A DNA stretch of 13,353 nt from Clostridia bacterium (GTDB taxonomy: Bacteria; Bacillota; Clostridia; TANB77; CAG-508). Both the position numbers and the translations under genes were made by a program. Of the stretch, positions 13,234-13,353 are shown one piece after another. The notes below the pieces were generated by a model. It saw only the letters and a list, made by a program, of their open reading frames with translations, had not been told where the DNA came from and searched no databases. Position 1 is the first letter of the stretch. Every line of letters begins with the position of its first letter. The stretch is taken from contig JAUNSP010000002.1 in assembly GCA_030539155.1 (NCBI GenBank), positions 52,728-66,080 on the forward strand, given 5' to 3'.

Positions 13234-13353
13234 CTATATACTATTACACATAATATTCTCTTCAGATAAATATAATTTCTTATAAATATCACAATTATTT
13301 AATAATTCCTCATGTGTTCCACTATCTATAAGAGTCCCACCTTCTACAATATT
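13234..13353 (-). CDS. ABC transporter ATP-binding protein, C-terminal 39 codons (the 5' part lies beyond the window)
   Basis: The minus strand reads NIVEGGTLIDSGTHEELLNNCDIYKKLYLSEENIMCNSI* with the stop at 13236-13234. G..(I/V)(E/D).GTHEELL...Y..L is the typical C-terminal tail of ABC exporter ATPase domains. Confidence 0.55.
   Translation of the reverse strand, partial: NIVEGGTLIDSGTHEELLNNCDIYKKLYLSEENIMCNSI

Noticed and set aside
1-13353. CRISPR arrays, IS elements or transposases, integrases, prophage genes, rRNA
   Set aside because: I saw no regularly spaced repeats, no long terminal inverted repeats, and no recombinase- or transposase-like ORFs on either strand.

Overview
This is a very AT-rich, Firmicutes/Clostridia-like chromosomal segment. 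It has consensus sigma-A promoters, GGAGG Shine-Dalgarno sites and sortase substrates. Most genes are on the minus strand and many act at the cell surface. In order the window holds: (1) a sortase followed by a thioester-domain/CnaB adhesin that runs off the left edge; (2) a YgjV-family membrane protein and an Amidase_6-domain protein; (3) a solitary tRNA-Gln(CUG) with its own promoter and terminator; (4) two small hypothetical proteins; (5) a likely operon of a 358-aa Cys-rich protein I cannot place in a family, an 89-aa 3-TM protein and a divergent Maf-like protein, followed by an SH3b-CAP secreted protein; (6) two convergent surface proteins that both carry a TPKTG sorting motif, one a fibro-slime/PA14-like protein without its membrane anchor and one a He_PIG/Listeria-Bacteroides-repeat protein with a complete sorting signal; (7) a divergent pair, a stand-alone ABC-type ATPase and LemA, bracketed by two near-identical terminators; (8) the 3' end of an ABC transporter ATPase. 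I found no CRISPR array, IS element, integrase or rRNA. The best candidates for something undescribed are the Cys-rich protein / small membrane protein / divergent Maf operon (5777-7887) and the sortase-linked surface set: a thioester domain whose Gln position reads Lys, an anchorless TPKTG protein, and a repeat-rich 410-bp leader. All family assignments come from motif recognition by eye; no searches were run.
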